Shown: positions 17,931 through 27,750 of the stretch, in pieces | Numbering within the stretch: position 1 is the stretch's first letter | Layout of the letters: every line of letters starts with the position of its first letter | Assembly: GCA_040235515.1 (NCBI GenBank) | Contig: JBECKX010000155.1 | Span: forward strand, 1 to 35,113 | Reading direction: 5' to 3' | Length of the DNA stretch: 35,113 bases | From: Candidatus Zixiibacteriota bacterium | GTDB lineage: Bacteria; Zixibacteria; MSB-5A5; CAIYYT01 | The notes under the pieces: generated by a model | The model's input: only the letters and a program-made list of their open reading frames with translations | What the model was told of the DNA's origin: nothing | Database searches by the model: none | Position numbers and translations under genes: made by a program

Positions 17931-19394
17931 ATGACTTCCTCACGTTCACGCAGCCGCACGCTGCTATTTTCGTTTGCTGCAATCCTCCTGCTGTTTCTGA
18001 TTGTCGAGTTACTCCTGCGTGCTGTCGTCACGATTTCGGCGGGATACCTGTCGCAGCGGCAGGATCTGACCTACGAATACAAACTGTGGCAGATGCACCT
18101 GTTCGATTCCTTCATGGGAATGCATGAGCCCGATCCGCAGCTCTTCTGGCGGCTGAAGCCGAACTACCAAAGCAGCTTTGTCAGTGTTGACTCCGATGGC
18201 TTCGTCGGTCCTGAAATCGCACCGAAGCAAGCCAATGAATACAGAATTCTCTTTCTCGGAGACTCAACTCCATTTGGCCTCGGACTTCCTGATGCAAACC
18301 AATCATTCGTGCGTCAGCTGGAGGGTCTACTGCAGGCACAACACCCTGAACGCCGGATCACCGTGATCAATGCCTCGGTGGCCGGCTATTCAAGCTGGCA
18401 GTGCCGCAAACTGCTTGAATTGAAAGGCGAGCAACTCCACCCCGACCTCGTGATCACCTACTTCGGTAATAACGATCCCTCGATCAACGGCTATCTGACC
18501 GACAGTGAACTCTACACTCAAACCAGCCGCTCAGGCTGGCTGAACCGGGCGTTGGCTTACTCTTACCTCTATCAACTCTTGAAGGATGTCGTGCTCAAGC
18601 TCAAGCCGGTTGCGCAGAGTGAGGATGCCGACCTGACCGCGAGAGTGCCGCTTGAGCAGGCGGCGCAAAATCTGGACTACATCTCGGATTGGTGTTCCGG
18701 TAACGGCGTCCGACTGCTGATCTGCACAGTCGCCACCCCGGACCTCTGGCCGCCGGGAATACAGTTTAAGATATTCGCCGGCGGACGCGACCAGTCAGGA
18801 CGACTGGTGATGGCCGCTGAGATGCAGCAGGACCTGGAAGCGTCATGGGCGCTCTGCCTCGATACATTGTTGTTGCCGGGTCAGAGCGATGAATGGACCA
18901 GACGAGTCTATCAGACGGCATACCGCGACCTGGGTGATCCCGCGCGCGTGGCGAAGCTATATCAGGATCAGTTGCAGCAGTCGCCCGGTGATCCCCGTTT
19001 GCTGAACAACTTAGCCGTCGCACTCTGGTACGCCGGCGAGTTTCCCGACTCACTGCTCGCGCTGGCAACAGCGATCTCCCCGACCAACCCGGTTCCCTTC
19101 TACAATCGTGGAGTGGTGAACTACCGCCGTGATCGTGAACAGGCCGAGCTCTATCTCGACTCCGCCAGAGAACTTGACGACTACTCGCTCAGGATCAAGT
19201 CGGGGTACAACGACCTTTACCGGTCATTCTCAGAAACGCGCTCGCTGGCTTTGGCGGATGTCGAATCACTGCTGCGGGGACGAGTGGAAGCCACGTTTTT
19301 TGTGGATCATTGTCACCCCTCAAAGCTTGGTCATGACCTGATTGCACGTTACCTGGCGGGGGTGGTGGCGGAGCAGCTAATGGCTACTAAATAG
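17931..19394 (+). CDS. Membrane-anchored SGNH/GDSL hydrolase with TPR-like insertion
   Basis: N-terminal TM; block I FLGDS, block II NASVAGYSS, block III FGNND, block V DHCHP; TPR-like PRLLNNLAVAL and PVPFYNRGVV. Confidence 0.8.
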   Translation: MTSSRSRSRTLLFSFAAILLLFLIVELLLRAVVTISAGYLSQRQDLTYEYKLWQMHLFDSFMGMHEPDPQLFWRLKPNYQSSFVSVDSDGFVGPEIAPKQANEYRILFLGDSTPFGLGLPDANQSFVRQLEGLLQAQHPERRITVINASVAGYSSWQCRKLLELKGEQLHPDLVITYFGNNDPSINGYLTDSELYTQTSRSGWLNRALAYSYLYQLLKDVVLKLKPVAQSEDADLTARVPLEQAAQNLDYISDWCSGNGVRLLICTVATPDLWPPGIQFKIFAGGRDQSGRLVMAAEMQQDLEASWALCLDTLLLPGQSDEWTRRVYQTAYRDLGDPARVAKLYQDQLQQSPGDPRLLNNLAVALWYAGEFPDSLLALATAISPTNPVPFYNRGVVNYRRDREQAELYLDSARELDDYSLRIKSGYNDLYRSFSETRSLALADVESLLRGRVEATFFVDHCHPSKLGHDLIARYLAGVVAEQLMATK

Positions 19395-19507
19395 TCTATC
19401 TTTGGCTCTGTAGCGTCGCTGGCAAGCTGTTGCGCTCTATGGAGATCGACTGATCGTCCGCTGCGCGCGAAACGTTCTTTTCGGGTAGTTTGCGGAGAAA
19501 ATAACTG

Positions 19508-19536
19508 TTGACATAGATCAGCGATTGTATTAAAGT
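19508..19536 (+). promoter_or_regulatory. Sigma70-type promoter of the beta-barrel gene
   Basis: TTGACA (19508-19513), 17-bp spacer, TAAAGT (19531-19536). Confidence 0.65.
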
Positions 19537-19661
19537 TGCGCTTCAGTTTTCAGGCATAGGATTGCGGCAATGCCGAAAATGAGACGGTTAGCCAATTCAT
19601 GATCTATTATAGGGATCGCTTCGTTGGGATAATGGGAGTTTTTGTGAATCAAGGAGAAGCT

Positions 19662-20780
19662 ATGAAAAGGATCTGCATCCTGCTGCTCACAGTAAGTGCC
19701 ATTCTTGTAATCACTCCGTTAGCGGCATTTGCCGACGGCGAGACAACAGTCGGAGCTGAGATTCATGCCGAGCACATGTTACATCTGAACGACCAGGGGT
19801 GGGGAAAGAATTTCCACGAATTCACTATTAAGCGCGGCTGGTTGTGGGTCAACCACTCCTTCAACGATCGCTATGAAGCGCATCTGACAATCGAGTCGGA
19901 TGAGAACGGTGCCAATGAACTGAACAGCACCGGCTGGACCATGCGCCTCCGTCACGCTTACCTGCAGGTTAACGATCTGATCAGCCATATCAACCTCCAG
20001 GCGGGTATGGTGGATAACTACTACATCATGCGTGTAGAGGAAGTCTGGGGATACCGCTACGTCGACGAGGTTTCACTGCACAAGCTTGGTTACATTCCTG
20101 AAGCCGATCTCGGTATCAGCTTCATCGGCATGTGTCCCGGCGATTGGGGTCGTCTTGTCCTCCAGGTACTCAACGGCGCATCCTACACCGATCGTGAGCT
20201 TAACAAGTACAAAGACTTCGCGTTCACCGCTGAGATTCGTCCGTTCCATAAGAGCCCCGACTTCTCAGAGGTCGCGATCCTCGGTCAGTACTACTATGGC
20301 TGGCCTAACATCAGCGACGGCAGCGGCATGCTCAGCTTCTCGGAGAACACCAAGAAGACCCGCATGAACGGTGCCGCGATCTTCCAGTATCGCAGCTGGG
20401 TGCGCGCCTTCGTCGAAGTCTTCATGACTCAGGATGACAACGACTGGACCAACGACACCAGCGATGAGTTTGTTCAGGAAGCCTACGGTTATTCCGTATT
20501 CGGAAAAGTCAACATCGCCACCTCGGATACCTGGCTCGCCAGAGTGAAGGTATTCGGCAAATATGAGTGGATCGATCGCAACCGCAACGCTGAAGGTCTG
20601 CAGGCGGACGAAGATGATGCCCGCTATCTGATCGCCGGCGCTTCGTACGAGCCGGTTGACGGTTACGAGCTCGCTCTCTCAGTGCGTCGCGACACCGAGA
20701 ATGTGATCATCGATAACAGTTTCGTCAACGAGCGCGAGCGCAACTTCTTCCTGATCAGCCTGCGCGCCCTGGTGAACTAG
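19662..20780 (+). CDS. Putative outer-membrane beta-barrel/porin
   Basis: AAGGAG then ATG 19662; signal peptide ending AFA; alternating beta-strand pattern; RLRHAYL and NG....E.NKYKD motifs seen in porin-like proteins. Confidence 0.65.
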   Translation: MKRICILLLTVSAILVITPLAAFADGETTVGAEIHAEHMLHLNDQGWGKNFHEFTIKRGWLWVNHSFNDRYEAHLTIESDENGANELNSTGWTMRLRHAYLQVNDLISHINLQAGMVDNYYIMRVEEVWGYRYVDEVSLHKLGYIPEADLGISFIGMCPGDWGRLVLQVLNGASYTDRELNKYKDFAFTAEIRPFHKSPDFSEVAILGQYYYGWPNISDGSGMLSFSENTKKTRMNGAAIFQYRSWVRAFVEVFMTQDDNDWTNDTSDEFVQEAYGYSVFGKVNIATSDTWLARVKVFGKYEWIDRNRNAEGLQADEDDARYLIAGASYEPVDGYELALSVRRDTENVIIDNSFVNERERNFFLISLRALVN

Positions 20781-20810
20781 TCGCATACGCTATCATAGTT
20801 TCGAAATTCC

Positions 20811-20845
20811 AGCCCGGTTCTTTTTGGAGAGCCGGGCTTTTTCTT
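20811..20845 (+). terminator. Intrinsic terminator
   Basis: AGCCCGGTTCT...AGAGCCGGGCT followed by a T-tract, 30 bp after the stop. Confidence 0.85.
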
Positions 20846-20992
20846 ATGCCATCTCCTTTGTAGAGATCGGTGCGAGGAAGCAGCCCCTGCAAACGGCTTG
20901 ATCGAAACTGGTTCAAAGAGTACTTTGAGCAGACACATTGAAGCTCTTGGAAGCCGTTAGTCAGACAACTTCGATCGAGGGAGACAAACGCG

Positions 20993-23900
20993 ATGCAGAT
21001 AGGTCACAACCCCAGAGAAGAAAAAAACCGCGTGTCAATCCCCGGAGCGCTTGCAGCTCTGGTGGCACTGCTGATTTTCTACTCACTACCTGGCTCCGCC
21101 CCCCTCTTTGCTCTGGATGTGAAGTATGCCCGCTATCCGGCTCTTTCTCCCGACGGAAAGACGATAGCCTTTTCATTCCGCGGCGACCTCTGGCTGGTCC
21201 CGGCCTCTGGAGGTGAAGCGAAACGACTGACCGTGCATGAAGCCGAGGATATCATGCCCCAGTTCTCTCCCGATGGCACTCGGATAGCGTTCAGTTCAAG
21301 ACGGTTTAACAATTACGATATCTATACGATCCCGGTCGCCGGTGGCACGCCGACCAGACTTACATTTGACACCGAGGATGACTACGCATCCTGCTGGACT
21401 CCGGGCAGCGATTCGGTGCTCTTCATGTCGACCCGCGAAAGTCGCGGAGATGTGTTCAAGGTGGCAGCAGCTGGCGGCACACCGGTCAAACTCACCGGTG
21501 ACTACTATGAGCGTGAGTTTGGCGCCAAGCTCTCTGCGAGCGGTCGTTACATGACATTCATTACCGGTTCAGGTTTTGTACGCTGGTGGCGGCGTGATCT
21601 GAGAACTGGTGGAAACAGCGACGTCTTCGTGTGGGATAGATCAAAGCGAGATTTCGACGCGCTGCGACTTACCGATGAGCCCACCCACGAAATCTGGCCT
21701 ATCATCAATGAGACGGCCGACGAAGTTTACTTCGTCGCCAATCATGATGATACCTGGGCGCAGGTACATAGAGTTGGGTTGCAGGGTGGCGAATCGGTGA
21801 AACTGACGAACTTCGCCGATGACGGCGTGCAATGGCTGAACTCAAATCCCGACGGCTCGATACTGGTCTTTGAGCAGGGATTCAAGATCTGGACGCTTGA
21901 CCCGTCCGTCCCGGGCGCTCAGCCGCAAGCTGTCAAGATTTCGATAACCACCGACGAGAAGGGTAACAGCGTCGAACGCAAATCGCTTGGATCCGAAGTG
22001 CAGTGGTTCTCGCTCTCTCCCGATGACAAGAAAATCGCGGCGGTGATGCAAGGTGATATCTACGTCCTGGCGAGTGATGAACCCTCCACCGCGCGTCGCG
22101 TTACCACCACACAGGCACGCGAGGTCTTCCCCGAATGGGCGCCGGACTCGAAAGCGATCTACTACTCGTCGGAGCGCAACGGCAACTACGATATCTTCAA
22201 GTACGACTTCACCACCAACTCTGAAACGCAGCTGACCGACACACCGGAGTCTGAGCGCAAGCCATTACCCTCACCAGATGGAAAGTACCTGGCGTATTTT
22301 CGTGGTGTCGGTGAGATCATCCGGCGCGACTTGAACTCAGGTACGGAGACAATCTGGGCAACAGGAAATTTCGCCGACTTCGGTCTCGACTCGTCTGATC
22401 CCTATGACTGGTCCCCTGATTCGCGCTACCTGGCTTTCATGATGACGAACCCGTCGCACGACATCGATATCTTCGCGGTCGATCTGAACGGCAAAATCGA
22501 GAATGTCTCCCAGTTCATCAACTGGAACGGCAATCCACACTTCTCGGCAGATGGCAAGAAGCTCTACTTCAGCTCATGGACACGCTGGACTCAGCAGACA
22601 TACGAGGTCGATCTCATTCCTGAGCCGATTGAGTTCGATGAGGCTGAGATCGATAGCCTTTTCCTGCAAGCGAAGAAGGATGATAAGGAGAAGAAGAAGG
22701 CAAAGGAAACCGATGAGGCAGACAAACCCGCGCCGGTGCGTATCGATACATTCCGTATCGCCGAGCGTCGCAAAAAGGCATTTTCAATAGACGCCGCGAA
22801 CTACTACCCGGTACTTACCCCGGATGGCAGTAAATATCTCTTTGTCTCGCCGCTGCTGGGTAAGCCTGAGATTTGGTCGATCGATGCTGAGGAGAAGAAA
22901 GACCTCGAGCAGTTGACCCACAGCGAGAAGGGGAAAGACTATCTCCAGGTAAGCTCCGATTCCAAGTGGCTCTACTATCTTGAGAGTGGAGCGATCAGAA
23001 AGCTCAAAATCGAAAACGGTAAGAGCGAGAAACTCTCATTCGATGCAGAGATGCTGGTTGATCGCGTTTCACTGAACAAGCAGAAGTTCTATGAGGGTTG
23101 GCGGATGCTATCGGAATACTTCTACGACCCGACCTTCCGCGGTACAAACTGGCAAGCAGCCCGCGATAAGTATGCACCCCTGCTCGATCAGGTTCGTACT
23201 GAGTTGGAATTCAGCGACGTGATGATGGAGATGATGGGTGAACTGCGCGGCTCACACCTACACTACTACGATCAAGCGCCGGGGACCGGCGGTGATGACC
23301 AGACCGGTCGCCTCGGGATTGAATTCGACCAGCAGGTACTTGAGCGTGACGGCCAATTCAAAATTGCCAGGGTACTGCCTGGCTCACCCGCAGCCAGAGC
23401 CGGCATCAAGGCCGACCAGTATATCACCGCCATCAATGGTGTCGAGCTAAACGGCAGCGTCAATCTGGCGAGCCTCCTGGCGGGAACAATCGGTGACAGA
23501 GTAATGGTGAATGTCAGCAATTCGCCGGCGGGCGTCGGTGCCGCGCTCGCCGTTAAGCCCGTCAATCACAATAGCTGGACCCTGCTGAAATATGAGGATT
23601 GGGTAGAGAATAACCGGCGAGTCGTTGATTCCCTCTCGAATGGCAGGATCGCTTATCTCCATATACGCGCGATGAATCAGACTGCTCTCGACCGCTTCGA
23701 AGAAGAACTTGTCTCTCTGGCAGAGGGGAAGGACGCACTGCTGGTGGATGTGCGTGAGAATGGCGGAGGGTGGATTGCCGTTCACCTGCTCGGAATGCTT
23801 GAACGCCAACCGTATGCTATGCGCACCTTCCGCGATTTTCCGCCAACCTCCGAGAACAAACATCGCGCGAAGGCGTGGGAAGAACCAATGGCATTGCTGA

Positions 23901-24202
23901 TCAACGGCTATTCCGGCTCAAACTCCGAGATCTTCGCGGAAGGATTTCGCCAGTTGAAACTGGGCCCGATCATCGGAACGCCCACCGGTGGTGGAGTGAT
24001 CGGTACCTCGGCGTATGAATTGCTGGATGGCTCCCGTATCCGTCGACCCTCCTGGGGAGCCTACACGGTCGACATGGAAGATACCGACATTTATCCCCGT
24101 CAGCCGGACCTGTTCGTGGATCGTTTGCCAAATGACTACATGAATGGTCGCGACCCGCAGCTTGAACGTGCAGTGGAGGAACTGCTGAAACAGATTGAGT
24201 AG
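20993..24202 (+). CDS. Tricorn-like S41 peptidase (PD40 beta-propellers, PDZ, protease domain)
   Basis: Multiple SPDG/PD40 repeats; PDZ VLPGSPAARAGI; IAYLHI, DVRENGGG, catalytic region INGYSGSNSEIF, GTPTGGGV. Exact start uncertain. Confidence 0.92.
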   Translation: MQIGHNPREEKNRVSIPGALAALVALLIFYSLPGSAPLFALDVKYARYPALSPDGKTIAFSFRGDLWLVPASGGEAKRLTVHEAEDIMPQFSPDGTRIAFSSRRFNNYDIYTIPVAGGTPTRLTFDTEDDYASCWTPGSDSVLFMSTRESRGDVFKVAAAGGTPVKLTGDYYEREFGAKLSASGRYMTFITGSGFVRWWRRDLRTGGNSDVFVWDRSKRDFDALRLTDEPTHEIWPIINETADEVYFVANHDDTWAQVHRVGLQGGESVKLTNFADDGVQWLNSNPDGSILVFEQGFKIWTLDPSVPGAQPQAVKISITTDEKGNSVERKSLGSEVQWFSLSPDDKKIAAVMQGDIYVLASDEPSTARRVTTTQAREVFPEWAPDSKAIYYSSERNGNYDIFKYDFTTNSETQLTDTPESERKPLPSPDGKYLAYFRGVGEIIRRDLNSGTETIWATGNFADFGLDSSDPYDWSPDSRYLAFMMTNPSHDIDIFAVDLNGKIENVSQFINWNGNPHFSADGKKLYFSSWTRWTQQTYEVDLIPEPIEFDEAEIDSLFLQAKKDDKEKKKAKETDEADKPAPVRIDTFRIAERRKKAFSIDAANYYPVLTPDGSKYLFVSPLLGKPEIWSIDAEEKKDLEQLTHSEKGKDYLQVSSDSKWLYYLESGAIRKLKIENGKSEKLSFDAEMLVDRVSLNKQKFYEGWRMLSEYFYDPTFRGTNWQAARDKYAPLLDQVRTELEFSDVMMEMMGELRGSHLHYYDQAPGTGGDDQTGRLGIEFDQQVLERDGQFKIARVLPGSPAARAGIKADQYITAINGVELNGSVNLASLLAGTIGDRVMVNVSNSPAGVGAALAVKPVNHNSWTLLKYEDWVENNRRVVDSLSNGRIAYLHIRAMNQTALDRFEEELVSLAEGKDALLVDVRENGGGWIAVHLLGMLERQPYAMRTFRDFPPTSENKHRAKAWEEPMALLINGYSGSNSEIFAEGFRQLKLGPIIGTPTGGGVIGTSAYELLDGSRIRRPSWGAYTVDMEDTDIYPRQPDLFVDRLPNDYMNGRDPQLERAVEELLKQIE

Positions 24203-24318
24203 CGGCCAACGGCTTGCGTCGAGGAAACCAAATCGCAGCGGTGCAACACGGTAACGGGTGGCCGTCGAATGAATGGGCTTGATGATGCCTGCCCTCACCC
24301 GCAATACAAAAACTTGCG

Positions 24319-24855
24319 ATGCAAACCTACCTCATCTTCATCCGCGGCGTAATGCCGACCGGTAAGAACAAGGTACCGATGGCGCTGTTGCGGAATGAAC
24401 TCAGCGCGGCGGGCTTAGCGGATGTACGCACATATATCCAGAGCGGCAATGTTATTGCCGCTTCCGACCACAGCGCCGCCGATATTGAGCGTCTCGTGCA
24501 CGATGTTATCCTCGAGAGTTTCGGCGGCGACCTGGCGATTATCGCAAAAACACCGGCACAGGTTCGCAGTCTCCTCAGCAAAAACCCGCTGCCGCAGGAA
24601 GACACTTCCCGCCTCTATTTTACACTGTTGGCTGCAAAACCGAATGCAGCCCTGTTGCGGGAATTTCTTACGCTCGATTTCGGACCTGACCGGGTTGAGA
24701 TTGTGGGGGATGTTGTCTATACCCTCTATGCCACCAGAATGAGCGACTCGAAGTTCAATAACAACTTCTACGAGCGCAGGCTGAAAACCAGCGCGACCAC
24801 CCGCAATTACAATACCATGACGAAACTGCTCGAGATTTCCTCCAGATCCGCCTGA
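24319..24855 (+). CDS. DUF1697 family protein
   Basis: RGV...GKNKVPMA, VRTYIQSGNV and ATTRNYNT match the family pattern. Confidence 0.85.
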   Translation: MQTYLIFIRGVMPTGKNKVPMALLRNELSAAGLADVRTYIQSGNVIAASDHSAADIERLVHDVILESFGGDLAIIAKTPAQVRSLLSKNPLPQEDTSRLYFTLLAAKPNAALLREFLTLDFGPDRVEIVGDVVYTLYATRMSDSKFNNNFYERRLKTSATTRNYNTMTKLLEISSRSA

Positions 24856-25032
24856 AAACCTGTTTCTGAAGGCGTTCTCCCGCCGCCATCCTGCTCGTTT
24901 TTCTATGGAAAATGCCGATAGAATTAGTTGGCGGTACTGCGCTCCGCGTGTCGTCTCTCCGGAGCAGGGCCCGCCTGTGTGAATGCTGACCAGCGGCGAG
25001 AAGTTCTATAAGGGGATAACCGAAGAGGTCAT

Positions 25033-27522
25033 ATGCAACCGGAATCTGCCCGCCTGATAAATGGCGAGTATCTATTTCGCGATCTTGTTGACATTGACCG
25101 GTTGTGGAGGATGCTCGAGAAATTCAATCGCTCCACCGGAATTGTAGCAGGAATCGTCACCAACCCACACGGCGAACAACTGATCGCCGGCCGACAAAAC
25201 GTTTGCTCCATGCTCCAACCTGACCAGTCTCTTCCACTGGGTCACTGCAACGATGTAGTTGCGGAGCTTATTGCATCCCTGGAAGAAACTCGGCAGACCA
25301 CCATACAGCAATGCAGGGCGGGGATAATGGTCGGGGCGGCCCCGATTATCGTCCGCGGAACTCTTGTCGCAAGTGTAATCGCCGGGCGCATCAAACCGCA
25401 AATCGATCTCTCTGCCGGCGTTAGGAATCACACAAAGCCAGCGGCTTCAGGAAGCGATGCCACTAGATCGGGATCGAGCAGTGGTGGAGGCGTGGTCGAT
25501 CCGGAATTTCGCGAGGCGCTCAATTTCCTGAGCGAACTCGTGGTTATGATGGCTGAAGACGGACTTCGGGAGATATCCCTCAGGAATTCAAAGGAAGAAC
25601 TGCGGACGAGTCAGGAGAAGATATCCGTAGCAATGAAAATGGCTCGCGCCGGCCACTGGGAGTACGACGTCGCGAGCGATACATTCACCTTCAATGACAA
25701 TTTCTACCGGATATTTCGCACCTCGATCGATGAAATCGGATCGTACAATATGTCCTCGGCGGAGTATGCCAAGCGCTTCTGCCATCCAGATGATATCGAC
25801 CTGGTCGCAAACGAAGTGCGTGCGGCGATCGAATCGGATGATCCCAACTATAGTCGCCAAATCGAACACCGTGTTTTGTTCGCTGATGGGGAGATCGGGT
25901 ATGTCACGGTGCGCTTCTTCATCAACAAGGATAGCGAAGGTCGCACGGTGCGGACCTATGGAGTCAATCAGGATATCACCACTCGCAAGACTGCCGAGAA
26001 GGCCCTGCAGGAAAATGAAGAGAGATTGCGAGTGATACTTGAGAAGTTTCCGCTTGGTGTGGCGATAATCGGCACAGACCGAACGATTCGCTGGGCCAAC
26101 CGGGAGGCTTGCCGGATTGCCGGAAAATCGAACACGGAGGAACTACGCGGCAGGCAATGTTGTGACTACTTGTGTTCCTACCAGAAAGATTCCTGTCCGA
26201 TTTCGGGGCAGTACCGTGCATTTGACAATGGCGAGCGAATTCTCCATCGCGGCAATGGAGAAGAGATCGTGGTGCTGAGAACCGCCATTGAATCGGAGCT
26301 TGGCGGCGAAACGATCCTCGTCGAAACCCTCGTCGACATCACCGAGACCAAGAAACTGCAGGATCAGCAATCACGAGCCGAACGCCTCGAAATGGCGGGG
26401 ACGGTCGCCGGACAGGTAGCACACGATTTCAACAACCTGCTCGGACCGCTGATGGCTTACCCTGATCTGATTCGCGAGGAACTGCCCGAGAATCATCCTG
26501 CAATTGAATTGCTGGACCAGATCGAGGTAGCGGCGGAACGCATCTCCGAGATAAATCAGGATCTACTCGCGATGGGACGCAGGGGGCATTTCACCAAGAA
26601 TGTTCTCTGCCTCAACGATATCGTCAATCGCGCACTCGGGGACCTGAATTCCCTCCTGGCTGACCGGGAGGTGGAAACCGACCTCTATACCAATCTCAAC
26701 TTCGTTCTCGGAAACAGCGCCCAACTCGGAAGAATGATCAACAACCTGCTCAACAATGCCATAGACGCCGTGCAAACCGCCGGTACGATATCGGTTCGCA
26801 CCGAGAATTGTTACATGCGAGACGCCTCGGTACTCAGCGGCAGAATCCCCGATGGTGAATACGTCAGGCTCACGGTAGAAGATACCGGTTCGGGAATCCC
26901 CGAGGAGTTTACGCGACAAATCTTCGACCCGTTCTTTACGACAAAGACTGCCGATAAGAAGCGCGGTTCGGGTCTGGGGATGAGCATCGTTCAGGCGGTC
27001 ATTGAAGATCATGGAGGTTTCATTGATCTGAAATCGGAACTTGGCAAGGGCACCGCATTCTACGTCTACCTCCCTATCACGGGCGCCCCAAAAGAGCGCA
27101 AGGAGGATGACAAATCACCCGATGGTTGCGAGACGATCCTGATCGTGGATGATGACAAAGTCCAGCGTGAAGTGGCGACGCGACTCCTACGTAAGCTCGG
27201 CTACAATGTCGAGAGCGTGGAGTGTGGTGAGGATGCGGTCGAGTTGCTCAGGGACCATCCCAGGGATCTTGTTATCCTTGATATGGTCATGCCGGATGGA
27301 ATCGACGGCACCGAAACTTATCGCAGGATCGCGGAATTCTCCCCTACTCAGAAGGCAATCATTGTCTCCGGATTCGCCGAGAGCGATCGAGTCACGGACG
27401 CGCTCAAGATGGGCGTGGGGGCATTCGTGAAGAAGCCGGTCACCAAGAGCGTCATCGCTGCCGCCGTTCGTGCCGAGTTGGACCGCGACATCACCAAGGG
27501 CGAAGTAGAAAGACCGGCCTAG
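25033..27522 (+). CDS. Hybrid sensor histidine kinase (PocR - PAS/PAC - PAS - HisKA - HATPase - REC)
   Basis: PocR-like CRAGIMVGAAPIIVRG; PAS HPDD...DIT; H-box VAHDFNNLL; NAIDA, DTGSGI, FDPFFTTK, GSGLG; receiver ILIVDDD...LDMVMP...KKP. Confidence 0.92.
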   Translation: MQPESARLINGEYLFRDLVDIDRLWRMLEKFNRSTGIVAGIVTNPHGEQLIAGRQNVCSMLQPDQSLPLGHCNDVVAELIASLEETRQTTIQQCRAGIMVGAAPIIVRGTLVASVIAGRIKPQIDLSAGVRNHTKPAASGSDATRSGSSSGGGVVDPEFREALNFLSELVVMMAEDGLREISLRNSKEELRTSQEKISVAMKMARAGHWEYDVASDTFTFNDNFYRIFRTSIDEIGSYNMSSAEYAKRFCHPDDIDLVANEVRAAIESDDPNYSRQIEHRVLFADGEIGYVTVRFFINKDSEGRTVRTYGVNQDITTRKTAEKALQENEERLRVILEKFPLGVAIIGTDRTIRWANREACRIAGKSNTEELRGRQCCDYLCSYQKDSCPISGQYRAFDNGERILHRGNGEEIVVLRTAIESELGGETILVETLVDITETKKLQDQQSRAERLEMAGTVAGQVAHDFNNLLGPLMAYPDLIREELPENHPAIELLDQIEVAAERISEINQDLLAMGRRGHFTKNVLCLNDIVNRALGDLNSLLADREVETDLYTNLNFVLGNSAQLGRMINNLLNNAIDAVQTAGTISVRTENCYMRDASVLSGRIPDGEYVRLTVEDTGSGIPEEFTRQIFDPFFTTKTADKKRGSGLGMSIVQAVIEDHGGFIDLKSELGKGTAFYVYLPITGAPKERKEDDKSPDGCETILIVDDDKVQREVATRLLRKLGYNVESVECGEDAVELLRDHPRDLVILDMVMPDGIDGTETYRRIAEFSPTQKAIIVSGFAESDRVTDALKMGVGAFVKKPVTKSVIAAAVRAELDRDITKGEVERPA

Positions 27523-27602
27523 TTGCAACTGTAGCCGGGCATCTATTCATCGGTATTGCACTCCACAGCATGCTGCGGGGTAGGTTGGTTGCGCCCGAAG
27601 AT

Positions 27603-27662
27603 ACACACCCCGTCCTCAATTCTCGCAGAGCTCGAATTGAGTCCACCCCTCTCAAGAGGGGA
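27603..27662. repeat. Double-hairpin REP/MITE-like element at the left island boundary
   Basis: CTCAATTC (27615-27622) pairs with GAATTGAG (27634-27641); CCCCTC-TCAA-GAGGGG (27646-27661). Only one copy in the window. Confidence 0.4.
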
Positions 27663-27750
27663 TTTTGTTACCGCGCAGCGGATGTAAATGGTACCCCACC
27701 TAACAGGTGGCTTGAGGGGGCAGCTCCTACGCACTTTATGTCTTGCACCA

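Noticed and set aside
24204..24300. attC-like start (GGCCAACGGCTTGCG) before the DUF1697 gene
   Set aside because: Does not fit RYYYAAC and no complementary GTTRRRY arm was found.
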